Below the pieces are notes generated by a model that saw only the letters and a program-made list of their open reading frames with translations, searched no databases and was not told where the DNA came from. From contig NC_135664.1 in NCBI RefSeq assembly GCF_964188315.1, forward strand, positions 59,830,001-59,894,000: a DNA stretch of 64,000 bases, written 5' to 3'. The translations under genes were made by a program, and so were the position numbers. Shown here one piece after another: positions 60,312-64,000 of this stretch. Source of the DNA: Podarcis muralis. Taxonomy: Eukaryota. How positions within the stretch are numbered: the stretch's first letter is position 1; every line of letters starts with the position of its first letter.

Positions 60312-62324
60312 CTGCAGCAATAAAGAGAGGAATGCATTTCAGACCCTTACAACAAAGCTGTCAGCCTCAATAAGTAGGAACAGAAGGTGCTACTTGCTGG
60401 GCTTTCTTCTCAGTGGGCAAACTGTCAATTTGAGTGCTAACAGTGCAGTGCGTGGGCCTTGGTGCAGAAGTAAGGTGTGAAGGAAAGGCATGAATCAGGT
60501 GCAAAGCAGTGATTTAACAGAGAGCTTCCAGTTACAGCTGCATTCTCTTCAATTCTCCTTGTGGCTTGCCCTAAAGATAGGAGGTGTCCCTGATTTCACC
60601 AACTTTCTTACAAAGAAGGGAGCCTATTGTATTACTTTTTGACCTAGGCAAAGTAAAAAAAATAAACCCATGACCAAATCATCTTACGAAGTAGGCTGAG
60701 AGTTCGTTGTAGATTAAAGCACATGGTATACTGCCTATTTCCTTGTGCTACCATGAGTCCAGGTTGCAACTCCTACCAATCACTTAATCAGCAGGGCATG
60801 GAACCACTCAACCTGCATTTTCAATGCAACAATAGAGGAAACTCATGATCTAAAGGCCTATGTAATGCACTAAAGGCCTATGTAATCACTTCAACCTGCA
60901 AGAGGGAATAATGGCAATATGAATTTTTTGCTATATTACAAAGTCAATTCTTAGCACATACAAAACTAGAACGCAATGAGGAAAGCTACGCAAATATCCT
61001 TCCAGCTCACATAAAAACATTCTAGGCAAGCATACAACTGTGAGAGCACCCTAACAGCAGTCTTAAATGGTCAAGTAGCAGTTGTGTCACATGGGCCTGC
61101 TGATCATACAACTTCGCTATAAATTTGTGGTGTGAACTAGCTCTACGGGGTTATAAGCTGCCTATGTCTTCCAGTTTTATGGACACATGCTCCAGTGTCT
61201 TTTAAACATCTTGTCAAAATCAATAATATACACAACTAGTTTCAAGATAGACATGCAACTTACAGAGTTGTTTTGGGGCTGAGAATTCACATCTATGTTG
61301 TAACAAGATGTGTGGAGCATGTGTTTTCCTAACCTATTATCCTCCCTTGACAATTCAGAGCAGCCCCCCACTGACACAAATATCCCAGCATCCCCTATTA
61401 CCTTCATGCCATTTTTAAAAAATCAAGTCAACAAGATTTGGGTGGCTGAAATCCTGGTCAGATTAGAGATTGGAAGTCATTAGCGTTACCAGAGTTTATT
61501 AGTGCTAAAAAGATGCTAAATCACAGGAAGATCACTTTGGAGCCCCACTAAGCCCATACCTAACAGTTTCACTGGTAGCTTATGTAAGTATTTGGCCACA
61601 GAATGTGTAAAAGTGATGTGTTTGCCCTGAGAAAAGCAAATCCGTGAATTGCCTCTTTCTTATTCAAGACTCCAACCTGAAACCAAGTGCTACTTCTCAT
61701 ATTATTTTTATATGTTAAAATCCACACTTCAGCAGGAAAACCTGCATTTCCTGAGCTGAGAATGCTTGCACACTTCTTTCCCATTTGGCTCAATGTATGC
61801 ATCAAGAAGTTGAAGCATATACTACGCCAAAAGAAGAAAACACATCTGGATGACAACTCTCACATTACAATGTGCACGCCTTCATAGATGTGTAGATTTC
61901 GACACACAAAATGGTAACATGAGAATATAACCTGTGAGCAGAGTTGGAAGGCATCGCTGCACAACAAACTTGATACTGGTTTCTCCCAAGAATCTTGAGA
62001 ACTCTAGCTTGCTGAGAAGTCAGTTTGACATATCTAGGTCATACTCACATAGAACTCAAGAGTTCCTTAGGGAAATGGAACAGGTACAAAACCAATTACA
62101 GCCACTGATGTGAATGTGCTTAGAATGGGAAGAGGGGCAACTGAGGTGATATTGTGATACCCCCTAAAACAATATGTTACTTGGACTGCAATTTGGAACC
62201 AGCTTTTATCAATAATTCAGAATTAACCAAATGATTTGGAGAACTGTGGGAATGAACACAAGTATTTGCAAAAGTTGTTGTTGTTAAAATGATGCTTGTT
62301 TTGTGCACTCTAACTATGTGTATA

Positions 62325-62829
62325 CCGTATTTTTCGTCCCATAGGACGCACCTAGTTTTTTGGGGGGGAAATAAAGGGGAAAAAATTCCCTTTATTCCCC
62401 CCCCCCAAACCAGGTCGGGGAACAGCGGGATGGCGGTGCTGCGCCTCCCCGCTGTCCCCCGAGCTTGTGGGGCTGGCCGATGTCTGCCCGAAGCGCAGGG
62501 CTCTCTGCTTCAGCGCGCCCTGCGCTTCGTGCAGCAGGCTGCTATCCGGAGCCTAGGGAGCCCTGCGGGACATCCACGCTGCGGATGTCTGCCCGGCGCG
62601 AGGGCCGCTCTGCTTCAGGGCGCCTCGCGCGCCGGGTGGCAGGCTGCTATCCGCAGCGCGGGGAGCCCTGTGGGACCTCCCGCGGGCTCCCCAGTATTGC
62701 TGATAGCTTCCTGAAGCCTGGAGAGCTCCAAGCTTCAGCGAAAGCCTGTATTCGCCCCATAGGACACACACAGATTTCCCCTTCATTTTTGGAGGGGGAA
62801 AAGTGCGTCCTCTAGGGCGAAAAATGCGG
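62325..62829. mobile_element. pogo/Tc2-like MITE (8818 family) with internal GC-rich duplications
   Basis: TA-CCGTATTTTTCG ... cgaaaaatgcgg-TA. Confidence 0.9.
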
Positions 62830-62899
62830 TACTTATATTTTTACACTGACTTATATGGAGTGTACAGAAACATATCAATAAATTATAATGGCCAAGGCT

Positions 62900-63110
62900 A
62901 CTGTGTGGCATGGTGATTAGAGTAGAGGACTACAATTGGGGAGATCCAAGCTCAAATCTCCATTCAGCCCACTGGGTGACCTTCAGCTGATCTCTTCCTC
63001 TCAGCTTACCCTACCTATCAGGGTTGTTGTGAGGATAAAATGGGGAAATCTTGTAAGCCACCTTGATCTCCTTGGAGGATGAGCAGAATAAAAATGCAAT
63101 AAATAATAAA
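62900..63110 (+). mobile_element. CORE/MIR-like SINE
   Basis: tggtgattagagt...ctctcagcttaccctacctatcagggttgttgtgaggataaaatgggg...aataaa tail. Confidence 0.7.
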
Positions 63111-63458
63111 GTAAAATATTTTCAATTTATACCAGATATAAGTAAGTACCTAATATGTCCAGCAAAATACCCTTTAAAACCTTTTCAAAAAGCAACAAAC
63201 CAAGATCAAGAGGTTTTCTCTCTCTGGTTGATCCTTGATGCACATACTGCATGCATTTCAAGTGAGCATGAAGGTTTAGGATTTGGCATTTTCTTGATCA
63301 GGTTGCCCTTATTTTTTTTTAACCATTTCATACATGCACAGTCAGGAATTACATTAGTACAAACAAAGGCAGGGAGATGGGACATAGACTATAGTTCTGG
63401 TAGGTTAATAATGGGAATGCATGCAACTGTGGCCAGTCAATGAGAATGGAGACACTAC

Positions 63459-63509
63459 CTTTGATGCGTATGATCTCTTGAATGCCAAGGCGTGTGGGAC
63501 GTAAATCGA
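63459..63509 (-). CDS. MICAL3: MICAL3 small symmetric cassette exon, 51 nt, phase 0/0
   Basis: ccttccccctcccccttttaaag| ... |GTAGTG; SIYVPHALAFKRSYASK, in frame with the next exon; four CpGs retained. Not shown as such in the ORF track. Confidence 0.8.
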
Positions 63510-64000
63510 CTTTAAAAGGGGGAGGGGGAAGGAATGGCAAAGGCAAAAATAAATAAATAATAAAACCCACACACGTAAAATGGAGCACAGTCAGTTAAAC
63601 ATTAAAACGCTGAAAACAAAATGAACAGTAACAAACACAAAGGTTGCTCGAAGTGCAACATGGCACTATGTATGTGGGTGAATGTTTCAGAATCAGGAAA
63701 CAAATACTTGACCAGGCCTGCACTGCCTGTGACCCAAACCCAAATGCAACCTACAAGCCATGTATTGTAGCCTGTCACGATGTACAACCCTACCCAACCC
63801 CCGCTGCCAATTTTGGTAGTCACAGGCAACAGAAAGAGTTGGTTCATCAAACTCTTGGTGCACTAATATACATGGCTTGGGAGCACTGTTCAGCTTGGGA
63901 GATGGCAGGGATCACAACTTATGGAAGTCCAGGCCAGACCAATTTAGGTACAACATAGCAACAAAGCAGCTGTTTTTAATTAAGAGATGTTATTATTGTT

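Noticed and set aside
45742-60886. Short direct duplications (17 bp x2 at 45742, 20 bp x2 at about 57634 and 60850, 18 bp x3 at 49547) as CRISPR-like or functional arrays
   Set aside because: Ordinary slippage or micro-duplications without unique spacers, in eukaryotic intronic context.

Overview
Vertebrate genomic DNA from a squamate reptile. Full-length Sauria/Squam1 SINEs suggest a lizard, probably a lacertid (inference). The window holds the conserved BCL2L13(+) / BID(-) / MICAL3(-) block. It contains the last two coding exons of BCL2L13 (1468-1611, 9306-10118) and a complete BID gene reconstructed exon by exon: non-coding exon 1 in a CpG island at about 31.7 kb, 5 coding exons, 187 aa, with the LQTD|G caspase-8 site and BH3 motif. 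It also contains the 3' end of MICAL3 (C-terminal coiled-coil/bMERB region): five constitutive exons, three small frame-preserving exons and an approximately 3.4 kb 3'UTR. Introns contain Sauria and tRNA/CORE SINEs, TA-flanked Tc1/mariner-pogo MITEs, 8-bp-TSD hAT MITEs, L2/CR1 fragments and probable old L1 fragments. Gene identities come from splice-site-consistent translations matching vertebrate peptides recalled from memory, plus synteny; no database search was run. There are no prokaryotic features or CRISPR arrays. The most interesting signals are: (i) a combinatorial array of symmetric micro-cassette exons in the MICAL3 Rab-binding tail, with extended AG-exclusion zones, RBFOX/QKI sites and an inverted MITE pair; (ii) a splice-junction-created uORF in frame with BID; (iii) a compact PU.1 + perfect ISRE element and a kB site around the BID promoter; (iv) a candidate alternative last exon that would give a soluble, LIR-less and TM-less BCL2L13.
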